Below, in pieces: positions 1 through 12,501 of a DNA stretch of 64,000 nucleotides (position 1 is its first letter; each line of letters begins with the position of its first letter). The notes under the pieces are model-generated. The model did no database searches. It saw only the letters and a program-made list of their open reading frames with translations, and was not told where the DNA came from. The stretch is from Octopus vulgaris (taxonomy: Eukaryota): assembly GCA_951406725.2 (NCBI GenBank), contig OX597825.1, positions 16,678,001 to 16,742,000 on the forward strand. Reading direction: 5' to 3'. A program made the translations under genes and the position numbers.

Positions 1-1166
1 TATAAATTACTAGTTGCTAGTTGATAAAGTTATATCACCACCTATATCGTTTGATGAAATTTCGATTAGTTCTATGGCATTAACGATTATTAAAATCGCT
101 GCCTATTCAGCTTACAACGTTTCTGATTTCATCGACAATCTATTAATTATCATTAATTATCAGCAATAGCGAAGACGAGACGAGCCTAGCACAATAAATG
201 TTTCCTTCTAACATTTCTTTCTTATTCACGTGTGGGTATGATTATTTCCTTCAAGTTTCTTACCACCTCTCACACTTTGGCACTTGCAGATATTTGGGAT
301 ATATTTATCTTTCTTAAGTATTAGCCAAATATTTTTAAAGGGAAAGTCTAGATCTAGTTGATTCATACAAGTCCTCTTATATTACTGGTGGTAATTATTT
401 AAAGAAAAATCAGCCCCCTCTGATTGAGATTTAACATATAATGCGAGTTATGATATGCGGTTCTTCTTCTGAAAGCATCGCATATAATATTGATTTCTCA
501 TACTGTAAGAATGCCATAAATTATGCAGGAATATAATCTCTTTTAATGTTCAGGGAATGCTACTGGTATTAATTCTTTCGATGCAAAAGTAAAGAGAAAT
601 GGTTTTCAGCCAGGAACACTCAGAATTTAAAAGGATTTAATGGAATACTACACGAGTTTTTGTTTGGTAAAATTTGGAAATTTTCTAAGTGTTGCTTTAT
701 AAAGGGTGGCACTATTACGGAATCATGAGAAATAAAGCAAAATCTCATAAATATGCTTGAAAAAGAATCAATATTCTATAAAATCTAGTGTACTCGATAT
801 TCCATTGGCTTAAATTTGTCAAACGTGTGGACTGATAACTTTTTTAGTTCATGGAATTTTGGAAACTGTATTATAAGGTCTCCCAAAGCATTCATACACA
901 CACACACACATGACTGCTTCTAATACAAGTAGGTAGGTGTCCTTTAATGAGGAGCTGTAAGTGTAAGGAATGAAATGGTGTAGGATAAATTGCCACAAAA
1001 TTGAAAATTCTAGTTTGCATTTTCATCAATGAAAATAGAATGACCTAGAATTTCACTAATAATTTATAGTGCTTATTGTGCGAGAACCACTTATATGTGG
1101 CGTATGGAAACAATCACATGAAAATATTCTCACTTAAAGAAAGAATTCACACGTCTATTAATCTTG

Positions 1167-1297
1167 GCAAGTGGCTGAGCATTCCACAGACCCATTTACT
1201 TCTAACATAGCTTTCAGGGAGATTCAGCATGACACAGAATATGGCAAGGCTGGCCCTTTGAATTAATGGTAGAGTTCATTTTTGCAACCTGAGTGAA
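1167..1297 (-). mobile_element. SINE fragment: family C-type 3' tail joined to family D-type core
   Basis: GCAAGTGGCTGAGCATTCCACAGA...TTCAGCATGACACAGA...AAGGCTGGCCCTTTGAA matches 55645-55742, then runs into TCATTTTTGCAACCTGAGTG, which matches 47152-47172. Confidence 0.55.
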
Positions 1298-2788
1298 TAT
1301 ATGATTTAAAAAAATTTCAAATGTTCACCCTGCCATCTTAGGTCTTTCTAGTACGACTCTAGTTTGTGTTGGTGTTATTCGAAGGATATATCTCGTATCT
1401 ATTTCGAGCAAGTCGAGCTACAAAAAGTGATGCAAGCGTTATTTGCTTAATAGTGGTGATTCATCTTTCCTATTTCAGTATTTGCCATGCAAAGCCACCA
1501 GTTTCAAATTGCTGTTTTTCTATTTTAGCGTACGAGTATTTCTTTAAGACTTGAAAACTAATGATAATTCAGAATAAATCATTTGACAAGGTGGGGGTCC
1601 TTGGGGGACTGACAGATTTAAGGACACACAATTATTTAAGGCTTTTATGATAATCCGACATGACCAGAGGAAAGGGAAACTGTGGTAAAAGGAAAATGCT
1701 TCTTTACTTTAACAAGTAGGAGGGTTAATCGCTATTTAAATTGTTTCAGTTAATCTTGATATATTAGAATGTGTTCCTGATCTGTTCTTTGCTATTCAAA
1801 AAAGAGAACATCTTAAGTTTTTCCTATTCCAAATATTTTAGCATTATCTCTTGAGAAAACTCAGTAAGGTTATAATGCTACGTCACAGCGATAAATAACT
1901 ACAACATTATTGATGTATTGATATCGACGTAGAGACCACCATTTTTTTTTCACACGAAGATTTGAAACTTAAAAATTAAAAGAAAAAATAATAAAAAACA
2001 ACAGTAGAACATTTTCGTTAAACTTGAAAGAAACTTTATTATTTAAGAAAGATAAAAGAAAGATGACCTTTTATTTGGGGAAAAAAATTTGTGTACTTTA
2101 TTTTGTTAAGGTGAGGAAAGATCATGTTTTGTAACATAAGTGATAAAGAAAGAAAATCATGTTTTTTTTATATGGTACCGCAATGAAAAGGATGAATTGT
2201 TCGCTGCTGTGTATTAGGAATGAATGCGTAGGTTTCATGTCTGTTAATTCTTACCTCCGAGCTTTGATCTTCTCAAGAAAACAGAAATACAATATATATC
2301 ATAGATTTTCATTCTCCTATGAGTATAGGAACGATAGACGGGGCGATAAGGTATAACAATAACCATCACATCATGAATTCGAATTTGCATTTACTGATTC
2401 CTATGGAGTAAATTTTATTCTGTATTTCCTAAGCCTACATGTAGAAAATAATAACTAGTTTATATGGGAGACGTACTTGCTGGAAACAAAAATTGTCCTG
2501 TTGAAGTAGATAGGACCCATTCATTCAAATCTTATTCACAGCTCTCACGTTTCAACGAATTAGAGGGAGAAGCACCTACAATCACATTTCTTCTCCCAGG
2601 GAAGTTTGAAAAGGTTGTTGAGGATTAGGTCGAAGAGGAAGATGCCTATCTTCAATCATTTCTGTTGTGTCCACCAAAAGTTTCCTTTGACTATAGCAAC
2701 GGCGAAGACAAAACTGATTGAACTTCCCGGCCAATGAGAGACAACGGGGCACGCTTCTTGTTATCATCAGTCAACAGCAGCATCTGTA

Positions 2789-3166
2789 GTGGAGGCGCAA
2801 TGGCCCAATGCTTAGGGCCGTGGACTCGCGGTTGGGGGATCGCGGTTCCGATTCTCAGACCGGCGTTGGGTGTGTTTATTGAGCGAAAGCACCTAAAGCT
2901 CCACACGCTCCGGCAGGAGGTGGTGGCGACCCCTGTTGTACTCTTTCGCTCCAACTTTCTCTCACTCTTTCTTCCTGTTTCTTGTCCCCGACTTCCTACG
3001 CAACCGCTGAGCCTGAATGCGCATTCATCTATCCGTCGATGCTCTCGGTGTCGGGGGTTGACCTGCTTTCTCTTCTGTGGGTCTTACGAATAGCAAAAGG
3101 ACCACGTTTCGGACTTCTCCCATCTTGCGAGTTCTGTGACGAGGACCGTTCGCTCAACAGCAACAG
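2789..3166 (+). mobile_element. tRNA-derived SINE (family C head, distinct 3' half) with 15-bp target-site duplication
   Basis: Head GTGGAGGCGCAATGGCCCAATGCTTAGGG (A box) ... GGTTCCGATTCTC (B box), shared with 55561-55948 and 43769-44075. (CAACAG)n tail. Flanking direct repeat CAACAGCAGCATCTG at 2772-2786 and 3167-3181. Confidence 0.85.
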
Positions 3167-3481
3167 CAACAGCAGCATCTGCATGACGAAATCTGTTTGA
3201 CAAAATCCACTCAAATTTAATCCCTTCTGACCATTTCAGACTTCTGCATCTAAAACCTGCCAATATTACGCCATAAAAATGAGAACGAGTGAAGTGTTAC
3301 ACTCACGCCCGAAGCCCTTGATTGTTACACCTTTTTTAACGCTGGTCTTTGTATTACGGTATGTGATCACTTGTAAGTGTATGTCCCACTACCACAGTTC
3401 ATCGCACTCTTTCACCCTTGGTCTCGCAGAACAGGAAATTCTTCTGTATGTCCATACACGGATCGATGATTATAACTTTCA

Positions 3482-3752
3482 TGGGAGGTTAAACAGTTGT
3501 GGTAGATGAAAAAGGTGGTAGTAGCACCAATAACTGTTGGACCCTGGGCTTAGTGAATAAAAATCTTGAGACGTACATGGAACAAATAGGGGCTGCAATA
3601 AAGGTAGAGCACTTGCAGAAAACAGCACAACTTGGAACTGCTCAAATACGCCGGAAGGTGCTCGAAAAATAAGAGGCGTTACCTTAGTTCACTGGTAGTG
3701 AACAGCTGAAACCGTGGCATATATCTAGCGTTAGAAGCTGTGCAAAGGCAAT
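3482..3752 (+). mobile_element. R4/Dong-like non-LTR retrotransposon 3' fragment (REL endonuclease C-terminus plus 3' UTR), degenerate
   Basis: Manual translation WEVKQLW*MKKVVVAPITVG/LGLVNKNLETYMEQIGAAIKVEHLQKTAQLGTAQIRRKVLEK* resembles the R4-clade C-terminus (VVPIVIGALG...LQKTALLGTARILRKVL). Ends directly in (AAT)n. Confidence 0.75.
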
Positions 3753-3774
3753 AACAACAACAATAATAGTAATC

Positions 3775-3834
<60 letters not shown>

Positions 3835-3835
3835 T
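3753..3835. repeat. (AAT)n microsatellite
   Basis: Visible directly; lies between two R4/Dong fragments. Confidence 0.95.
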
Positions 3836-3836
3836 A

Positions 3837-4290
3837 ACTGTCCCAATCGATATAAACGTATCTGTCAAGACCTACCAAAAACTGATAAAGTATAAAGATC
3901 TTGAAATAGAAATTGGCAAAATGTGGAACTTCAAGACTAAAACAATACCTGTTGTCATAGGTGCCCTAGGAATGATAGCAAAAGGGGCTGATTCCTACCT
4001 AGCTCAGATACCAGGAAGCCTCAAAATAGCAGAAATTCAAAAGATAGTGCTCATGGAATCTGCCCATATCCTACATAAAATACGGTCTCTGTAAGCTCAA
4101 ATTTTAAAACAAACTCATAATTTTCTTATGATTTATTAAACATTCTCTAGAACAGTACTTTGTGCAAAACCAAATATATGACACCCTAGGCATAACACCA
4201 ACATGAAATTCTAACTTGTTGTCTCTTGAGGTCTCTAGGTGGGACTTGGTGTCAACTTGTACATATAGAAAGCAAAAGTCAAACAAAAAA
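3837..4290 (+). mobile_element. R4/Dong-like non-LTR retrotransposon 3' fragment (open REL C-terminus 3837-4094 plus 3' UTR)
   Basis: Uninterrupted frame TVPIDINVSVKTYQKLIKYKDLEIEIGKMWNFKTKTIPVVIGALGMIAKGADSYLAQIPGSLKIAEIQKIVLMESAHILHKIRSL*. The K..KY.DL and PVVIGALG motifs fit restriction-like endonucleases. (AAT)n on both sides. Confidence 0.85.
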
Positions 4291-4363
4291 TAATAATATT
4301 AATAACAACAGCAATAACAACAACAGCAACAACAATAACAACAACAACAACAACAACAACAGC

Positions 4364-4401
<38 letters not shown>

Positions 4402-4455
4402 TAATAATAATAATAATAATAGTAATAATAATAATAATAATAATAATATTAATAA
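4290..4455. repeat. Compound (AAC)n/(AAT)n microsatellite
   Basis: Visible directly. Confidence 0.95.
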
Positions 4456-4464
4456 AATTTTAGA

Positions 4465-4608
4465 CAAATTTTAAAACAAACATAATTTTCTTATGGTTTC
4501 TTAAACATTTTCTAGAATAACATTATGTATAGAACCAAATATATGGCACCCTAGGCATAACACCAACACGAACTTCTAACTTTTTGTGTCTTGAGGTTTC
4601 TGGGTGAA
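4465..4608 (+). mobile_element. Second copy of the R4/Dong-like 3' UTR
   Basis: CAAATTTTAAAACAAAC...ACCAAATATATG.CACCCTAGGCATAACACCAACA...TCTTGAGGT is a diverged direct repeat of 4098-4243. Confidence 0.8.
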
Positions 4609-4711
4609 AGATGCGGCAGCTTGAGGTTAGTAGCCCACGCTCTTAACCACTACGTCATATACCCAGAAAAATACCTTTGGTATGAGAACTCAGGCTCGAA
4701 ATTTCCCCAGG

Positions 4712-4755
4712 ACACCTGAAGAAGGCTGGAGAGTATATCAGTCGAAAAGTTGTGT
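4712..4755 (+). ncRNA. Minimal type I hammerhead ribozyme motif (decayed) in a probable PLE terminal-repeat remnant (about 4610-4808)
   Basis: ACAC-CTGAAGA-aGGCTGG agagtata TCAGTC-GAAA-ag-TT-GTGT: stem I ACAC/GTGT, CUGANGA core, stem II, GAAA. Stem III is presumably an ACGT palindrome mutated to AAGT. Confidence 0.6.
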
Positions 4756-4944
4756 TAACAATAAACAGGATGAGGACAAATATCCGTCATATGTAAATAA
4801 TGTAAATTACTTGATTTTGACAAACTCCGAGGCGCAAAAAGCAGAGTTAGACTCTCAACGAAAACGGCTTTAACTAAATACTAAATAATATTTAATTCAA
4901 TTCTGCCAAAAGGAAAATATCACATGTTCATATGTGTATGTGGA

Positions 4945-5348
4945 CGGTGTGGTTAAGGTGCACGCATTGCGAACATGTGGTTTCGGGTTTAGTTGTAAAG
5001 CTATAGGCCTGAAACGACTAATGCTTAGCGAGCAAGCTGAAGAGATGCAAACTGTGTGTAAATCTGTCGTACATACAAACGCATACAGACATGTGCACAA
5101 ACACATATACACACACGCATCTGTATGTATATATGTATGTGAGTGTGTTATTTGTGTTTGTGTTTGTTAGACCATTGTTTGGCAACCGGTGTCGGTTTGA
5201 TTACACTGCCATTCTTAGTGGTTCGGCAAAATTGATCAATAGGATAGGTGCCGGACGTAAAAAAGGAAATTAAATACTAGGGTCGATTTTTTTTATTAGA
5301 TCTTTCAAGGAGGTGCTCCAGCATGGCCAGAGTAAAATGAGTGAAATA
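4945..5348 (+). mobile_element. Old SINE family A copy
   Basis: Degenerate head, central (CA)/(TG) tract, then GGTTCGGCAAAA...GGGTCGATTT...GGAGGTGCTCCAGCATGGCC...ATGAGTGAAA matching the family A tail. Confidence 0.65.
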
Positions 5349-5351
5349 TAT

Positions 5352-5950
5352 TCTTTTCTACTCTAGGTACAAGGCCCAAAACTTTGGGGAGAGGGCTGTC
5401 ATTTGGATCGACCTCAGTACGGAACTGGTACTTGAATTATCGACCTGGAAAGGTTGAAAGGTAAAGTCGACCTCGGCGGAATTTGAACTCAGATCGCAAA
5501 GACAGAAGAAATACCGCTAAAGCATTTCGCCCGACGTGCTAACGTTTTTTTATTTCTTTATTGCCCACAAGGGGCTAAACATAGAAGGGATAAAAAAGGA
5601 CAGACAAAGGGATTAAGTCGATTATATCGATCCCTGTGCGCAACTGGCACTTATTTAATCGACTCCGAAAGGATGAAAGGCAAAGTCGACCTCGGTGGAA
5701 TTTGAACTCAGAACGTAACGGTAGATGAAATACCAATTTCTTTACTACCCACAAGGGGCTAAACAAGGACAGAAAAAGGGATTAAGTCGATTATATCAAC
5801 CCCAGTGCGTAGTTGGTACTTATTTAATCGACCCCGAAAGGATGAAAGGCATAGTCGACCTCGGCGGAATTTGAACTCAGAACACAAAGACACGAAATAC
5901 AGCGAAGCATTTCGACCGGCGTGCTAACGTTTCTGCCAGCTCGCTGCCTT
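5352..5950 (-). mobile_element. Three tandem SINE family B units
   Basis: Repeated AAAGGCAAAGTCGACCTCGGCGGAATTTGAACTCAGAAC at about 5457, 5677 and 5846. Head (RC GGCAGCGAGCTGGCAGAAACGTTAGCACG) ends near 5950. Two different tail variants are present. Confidence 0.9.
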
Positions 5951-6301
5951 AAATGGGTGAAATATACAAACCAACAATGATCAGCTTTGAGAGAAATGAA
6001 GAGTTTGCATTTCAGATTTGATTCTAGTCTTTTAGTTGTTGCAACTCCAAAACAAACAAACAGAGAAAACAAATTTAACATAACATTATAACAACTTCAT
6101 TGACCATTCACAAGAATAACACGTCCTAATGTTATGGCATGGCCGGAGGACAGAATTTCCATACTGTGTTAAGTGACTGGTATATTGACCGGCAATATTT
6201 AAGTGATTCAGCTATTCACTACAATATAACGCATACGTACACACGGACATATGCATATGCATATACGTATGTATGTATATATATACATATATATATATAT
6301 T

Positions 6302-6336
<35 letters not shown>

Positions 6337-6519
6337 CCATATGAATTCTCAGAATGCGGCAATTTGCTTTAAGCTATCAGTTACTTACATGTTCACTATA
6401 TCTCTTCTCTCCCTCTCTCTCAACGTAGATACACACACAGACACACACACACATATGCGTAAATATTTGTGTGTGTGTGTGTGTTTGTGTTTGTGTGTTT
6501 ATATATAAATATATATTTA

Positions 6520-6556
<37 letters not shown>

Positions 6557-6900
6557 GGTAAAGGTGCGTGGCTCAGTGGTTAGAGCGTCGGGCTTACGAT
6601 CGTGAGCTTGTGAGTTCGAATCCTGGACCGGGCTGCGTGTTGTGTTCTTGAGCAAGACACTTTACTTCACGTTGCTCCGGTTCACTCAGCTGTAGAAATG
6701 ATTTGCGACGTCACGGATGCCAAGCCGTATCAGCCTTTGGCCTTTCCCTTGGACAACATCGGTGGCGTGGAGAGGGGAGACTGGTATGTGTGGGCGACTG
6801 CTAATCTTCCATAAACAACCTTACCCGCACTTGTGCCTGGGAGGGTGACTTCCTAAGTGCAATCCCATGGTCGGTCATGACCGAAGGGGGTCTTACCTTA
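6557..6900 (+). mobile_element. tRNA-derived SINE family D (CORE-like central domain)
   Basis: GGTGCGTGGCTCAGTGGTTAGAGCG (A box), GAGTTCGAATCC (B box), then TGTGTTCTTGAGCAAGACACTTTACTTCACGTTGCTCCGGTTCACTCAGCTGTAGAAATG resembling the CORE-SINE domain. Follows a (TA)n tract. Confidence 0.85.
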
Positions 6901-7292
6901 TATGTATACATATATACATACGTACATACATGCATGTGTATCATTAGGAAGCAATGAGAAGCTCATAGTTTAAATATGATATCGCTCTTTGCTAATATAT
7001 TTGAGATAGAGAGAGAGAGAAGAGAGATATCTACAATTACGTATTGAGTTCTCTTCCATACCACCCCGCACACTACACGTTGCGCATTTATAGTATAATA
7101 TACCTACGTACACACACACACACACGCACTCACACACACACACGAACTCACACACACACACACACACACAGACACACAGACACACACAAACACACACACA
7201 CAGACACGTATATCAACGAAAAAAATCGAGTGAAATCCGTGAAGGTAGAGTCAGTAGATCCACTGGTAAACTTGATGGAGTCCTGGTATATA

Positions 7293-7351
<59 letters not shown>

Positions 7352-9519
7352 TTGTGTGTGTGCTTGTGGGTGTATGTTTGAGAGTGTGCGTGTGTGTATA
7401 CATATTTATATATAGGTATATGTACGTATATAAATATATATTTATGCGAAGAGACATGTATGTATGATTGTATGTATATGTTTGCGTGTGTTTATGTGTG
7501 TGTATGTGTGCATGTGTAGGTGTGCGCCTGTGTATGACGTAATATATAGTGTGTAATATACATACAACACACACGTATACGTATATATGAGACGTGTGTA
7601 GTCTGGTTTGTGCTTGTAGATTACCCGTATAAATATCTACTTCTAAGTATATGTATATCTTTCCAAACACATACACAGAGACTCAGACACAGAGACACAC
7701 AGACATAAAGACACACACAGAGACATGACACACACACATACGTACACACACACATATATGTAAGAGAGATACACTGAAAGATAGAGAGTGTGTGAGAATC
7801 AGAAAACCAGAGAGAGAGAGACAAAGATGGAGAAAGATATAGGGAGATAGATAGTTAGATAGATAGATAAAGAGAGAGAGTGAGAGCGAGAGAGGAATGA
7901 AAGAGAAGATAGAGACATATATGTTTACTCACGTACGCGAGAGTCTGTGTGCGCGTGTACGTCCATATGTGCGTCGGTGGCATCTATATGGTTTATGATT
8001 GTTTGGAAGCTTGACATCAATTTTAGTCGTTAATATGTTGGTTATAAATGAAGCAAGCTGCTTTGATATTTGATAACAATAATTAAGATGAACATTTACA
8101 GAATGGGTAGGATAACTAATGTCTAAGAAAATTATTTTCACTTTAACATCTCTATTTTCAATCATCGGACATTAAGCAAAGGTTTAAAGAGTTTAAGAGA
8201 TTTTAATGCGTTTTTGATGACAGCACTTTGATGAGAAATGCCAATTTTTGAAATATGGTTTCACACGATACATCTACGCAACCGGTGATAAATTCGACAA
8301 AATGTGTGATATATATGTATATGTTTGTGTGTGTCTGTGTCTGTGTGTGTGTTTGTGTCTCTGTGTGTTTGTACCTGTGTCATGTGTGTGTGTACCCACA
8401 CCCACAAATATATAGTCATGTATACATATATTTATATACTCATATATCCATATATATATGCACATATTTATATACATATGCATAGCCATACATATGAAAT
8501 AACACACATGCATATATATATATATATTCACATACATACATATACGCAATACACACGTATATCGTGACTGGCGTCTTATTATCTCTTTTTATCGGTTTAT
8601 CAAATATCTGATATCGTGATAAATGCCTTGCCTGGTGGATGGCTGAATGTATAAATCTTCTACTTTGTTGCTTTGTTATATTTTCTAACCGCTAATTAAT
8701 ATCAATGACTGAAGTTGCTTGTTTATAACTTATTTGATTCAACAGGTCTTTGAATGAACACTTCAAATGGTTTAGTATTTATTTCCTGTTTGTGTCTTTC
8801 AAAAAAGAAAAAAAAATTCTCATTCGATACTTTTAAAACTGTGGAAATAATTATGGGGGAAAAAAGATGATACATCATATGATATTTATTTATAATTATA
8901 TATATAAGGAGAGTAGAGGTACTCTTCGATGTCGAGTGGAGTAATAATTATATTCATAGTCAAACACCAGTTTAAGAGCAGACATTACATGCAACCGACG
9001 ACCCATGTTAGTTGACATGCGAACAGCAGCAAGGAAACCTCTGTCTCCCTCTCTCTCTCTCTCATAGCCAAACCCTATTTTCTTAAATGCGGAAATGTCA
9101 CATTTACGCCGGTAGCTCTACATATTCCCGAAGGAGGCTAGATGGTCATAACCGGAATGCTTATTAAAATATCAATATATAACTCCTAGTTCAGAATTGA
9201 TATGGGTTAATCGCCAGAAAATCATTCAATAGATAAGACTGTCTCCTGTAAAACGACGCTGTGATCGCTAATATAGGCGTATGAGTGGCTGTGTAGTAAG
9301 TTGCTTGCTTACCACGCATGCGTGAGTTTGTCAGTCACTTACGAGATTAACACTGTTAAGACGTGCTTCGAAGCCGCCTTGAATTAAAGAACCGTTGAAG
9401 GTGCGACTGTAAGGTAGGCATCTGTCTTTTTAGGGATTCGGTGGATAATTTAAATTTTTTTTATATTGTTTTTTTCTCGAATAAGAAATCATCACTGGGT
9501 CCTAGACATTTGTCTGCTG

Positions 9520-10500
9520 TTGTCGCGCCGAGTGACTCACTTAGCAGTGAGAATTGTTGTTTTGGTGGGCGTGTCTAGATACCAAAGTTTGGAAAATTTA
9601 TGAATTCGTGGAGGACAGTTTGCGTGCTGCGACGGCGAAGTGGAGTACCTGTATTCTTGTGGATTACCTGAGTGGCGGAATTGTGTTGCCGTGAATTGAA
9701 CAGTCTTCCTTCGTTCTCTTTCTCTGCTCTGTTGCTCTGTCTTTCTATTCTCTCTTGTGTTTTTATTGGACTTTTTATTTGGAACATTTTGGATTTTGTG
9801 TTGAACATTTTTCTTGATTTTTTCTTTTTCAAGCATGGCAAAAAAAGAACACTGTACTGGAGTGGCAAATTGTGGCCCCCAACAGTTGGGGAAAAAACGT
9901 TAATGAGAGAACGGTGGTGTTGAGGACATATTCTAAGTCCCTCGACACCATCACTCTCTGGCGGATATTGAAAAGGAGTTGGCATAATATCTGCCAACTA
10001 TTAAGTTTATTGCAAGGGGTGTCAAATACGCAACGGTGTGGTTGCTGTTTGACGCCCCTGGGGAGGCTCGGGATTTTGCGAGCCAACTCTTAGAAGGGGA
10101 GAAAATTCTTTTTCTCCCCACATATGGTGCGAAGAAATTGGGAAGATCTTGAAATAGAGCCCGAATGGATAGAAGACACTATCCGTCGGAGTCTGGGTGG
10201 CAGCCAAGCTCTTAAACGTCAAAATTCTGCCTGCGGCTGATTGGGTGGTGTAGAAGGTGAAATAGATGGCGAAACATTTTATAAGAATGCAGAGAGACTG
10301 AAGAGGAACGAAGAAACATGAGAGGGAGAGGGAGAGAGAGAAAGTGAGTGAGAGAGAAGGTCAAAATATAGAATAAAGTGTAAGAATATTGAAGATGGAA
10401 AATGAAGAAGAGAAAGAAAAAGAAGTGAGAGAGAAACAAAAGGAGAATATACTTAAAGAAGGAAAGACTGAGCGAAAGGAAAGACTGATCACAAAAAGGA
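9520..10500 (+). mobile_element. Probable 5' portion of an L1/Tx1-like LINE (5' UTR plus frameshifted ORF1 from ATG 9835)
   Basis: GC-richer leader with pyrimidine tract. Frameshift-joined translation MAKKEHCTG...VNERTVVLRTYSKSLDTITL/ADIEKELA*YLPTIKFIARGVKYATVWLLFDAPGEARDFASQLLEGEKFF/LPTYGAKK, followed by an E/K/R-rich purine stretch. Family assignment is inference. Confidence 0.45.
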
Positions 10501-10537
10501 GTAGGTAAAAAACGAAATATAAATAAAAATGATATGT

Positions 10538-10807
10538 AGGCGTAGGAGTGGCTGTGTGGTAAGTAGCTTGCTTACGAACCACATCGTTCCGGGTTCAGTC
10601 CAACTGCGTGGCACCTTGGGCAAGTGTCTTTTACTATAGCCTCGGGCCGACCAGTCTTGTGATTTGGTAGACAGAAAGTGAAAGAAACGCGTCGTATATA
10701 TGTATATACATGTGTGTGTATATGTTTGTCTGTCTGTGTTCGTCCCCCAGACCATCACTTGACAACCGATGCTGGTGTGTTTACGTCCCCATAACATTAG
10801 CGGTTCA
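10538..10807 (+). mobile_element. SINE family A, 3'-truncated
   Basis: GGCGTAGGAGTGGCTGTGTGGTAAGTAGCTTGCTTACGAACCAC...CCGGGTTCAGTCC (A/B boxes), CACCTTGGGCAAGTGTCTT core, internal (TA)(TG) tract. Stops at TTAGCGGTTC. Confidence 0.9.
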
Positions 10808-10810
10808 TAT

Positions 10811-11229
10811 ACTCTTTTACTCTTTACTCTTTTACTTGTTTCAGTCATTTGACTGCGGTCATGCTGGAGCACCGCCTTTAGTCGAGCAAATCGACCCCGG
10901 GACTTATTCTTTGTAAGTCCAGTACTTATCCTATCGGTCTTTTTTGCCGAACCGCTAAGTGACGGGGACGTAAACACCAGCATCGGTTGTCAAGCAATGC
11001 TAGAGGGACAAACACAGACACGCAAACATATACACACACACATACACATATATATATATACATATATACGACAGGCTTCTTTCAGTTTCCGTCTACCAAA
11101 TCCACTCACAAGGCATTGGTCGGCCCGAGGCTATAGCAGAAGGCACCTGCCCAAGATGCCACGCAGTGGGACTGAACCCGGAACCATGTGGTTGGTAAAC
11201 AAGCTACTTACCACACAGCCACTCCTGCG

Positions 11230-11232
<3 letters not shown>
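10811..11232 (-). mobile_element. SINE family A, full length
   Basis: Reverse complement of the same head and core, plus tail GGCGGTGCTCCAGCATGACCGCAGTCAAATGACTGAAACAAGTAAAAGAGTAAAGAGT. Confidence 0.92.
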
Positions 11233-11283
<51 letters not shown>

Positions 11284-12501
11284 TACATATATATACATAT
11301 GTATAATAAATATTTATACATATATATATATATATATCTACATATATCTCAATATATACTTATATATGTGTATATATCACACACACACACATACACACAC
11401 ACAAATATATATAATTTTGCTCACTATTATGTTTTCATGTTTGTTTTATTCGACCATAATAAAATTTTCAGTATTTCTATTGGATTGAACCCTTTACGAA
11501 CAAACTTTAGAACTTTAGTCATTCAGGATCTCGATATTTCTTATGATCACACCACACAATTTATTTTTTATTATTCGCCAAGTCCATCTTTTCTCTCAGC
11601 TACTACTATGCATTCCTAATCTGTCTGCGCTAAAGTTCACCCTCTTTGCTTCAGTCCATCTTTTTTTTATATTGGTTACTCTCAGCGAAAACATTCTCCT
11701 CCATGTTAAATGTACCTGGCTTATGAATATTCATCTACATACTTATATACTTTTCAAAATTGCTTACCGATAGTAATTTCAAATCAAAGTCACTCTTCAA
11801 AGAAGATTGTCTTCAATATAATGCCGTTCGATTTAAATGGAATAGATTTTATTTTTTTAGTTATTAACACTTTATATAGTTTACCAATACTTCAGTGATT
11901 TTAAAATCTTTTTTTCTTGACATAAAAAATTACATAGATCGTTTCGGTGTATAAAAACCGTGAGTGATCTCAATGTTTAGATTTTGCTCAATATTTTATG
12001 CTTTGATATGAAATATAGTCAATATATATAAGTAATGAATTACTTAGTAAGACATGAAATATATCATAACAATTTTTTAACATTGACATTTCAATAATAA
12101 ATATGGACTTGCAGCGGACGAAGTCCACATGTAGTTCGTATCATGCCCTTATATTTTTTTAAACAGTTCCATAGAGGTGTGTGGCCTCCGCAATTATTAC
12201 ACGATTCGAATCTATAATGTTTTTTTTTAAATTGAACGTTTCGCATAAGACGGTTAATTATGATATTTCTGTGTATCTGTTTCTCGTATTTGTAAAATGT
12301 AGCTACACATACTAGAAATCTCGAGCTAGGCGTTCTAAGAAATGCGAGGATAAATATTTTGGAAAGGTACAGGGCAATACAGCAGTTCCAGTAGTTTCCA
12401 CATACAATTAAGTGTATTGTTCTAAATGCCATACGCGTTGAGTGCTAAAAAGAACATTATATCTACAGACAAAATTTGGTCAGAAGCACCAGAAGATGCA
12501 A

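Noticed and set aside
2520-2786. Protein-like composition flanking the SINE at 2789
   Set aside because: Stops in every frame after removing the SINE, and no recognisable family.
6557-6630. tRNA-like sequences here and at 2789, about 44000, 47220 and 55870
   Set aside because: A/B boxes are present, but there is no acceptor stem closure and each continues into a SINE body; these are SINE heads, not tRNA genes.
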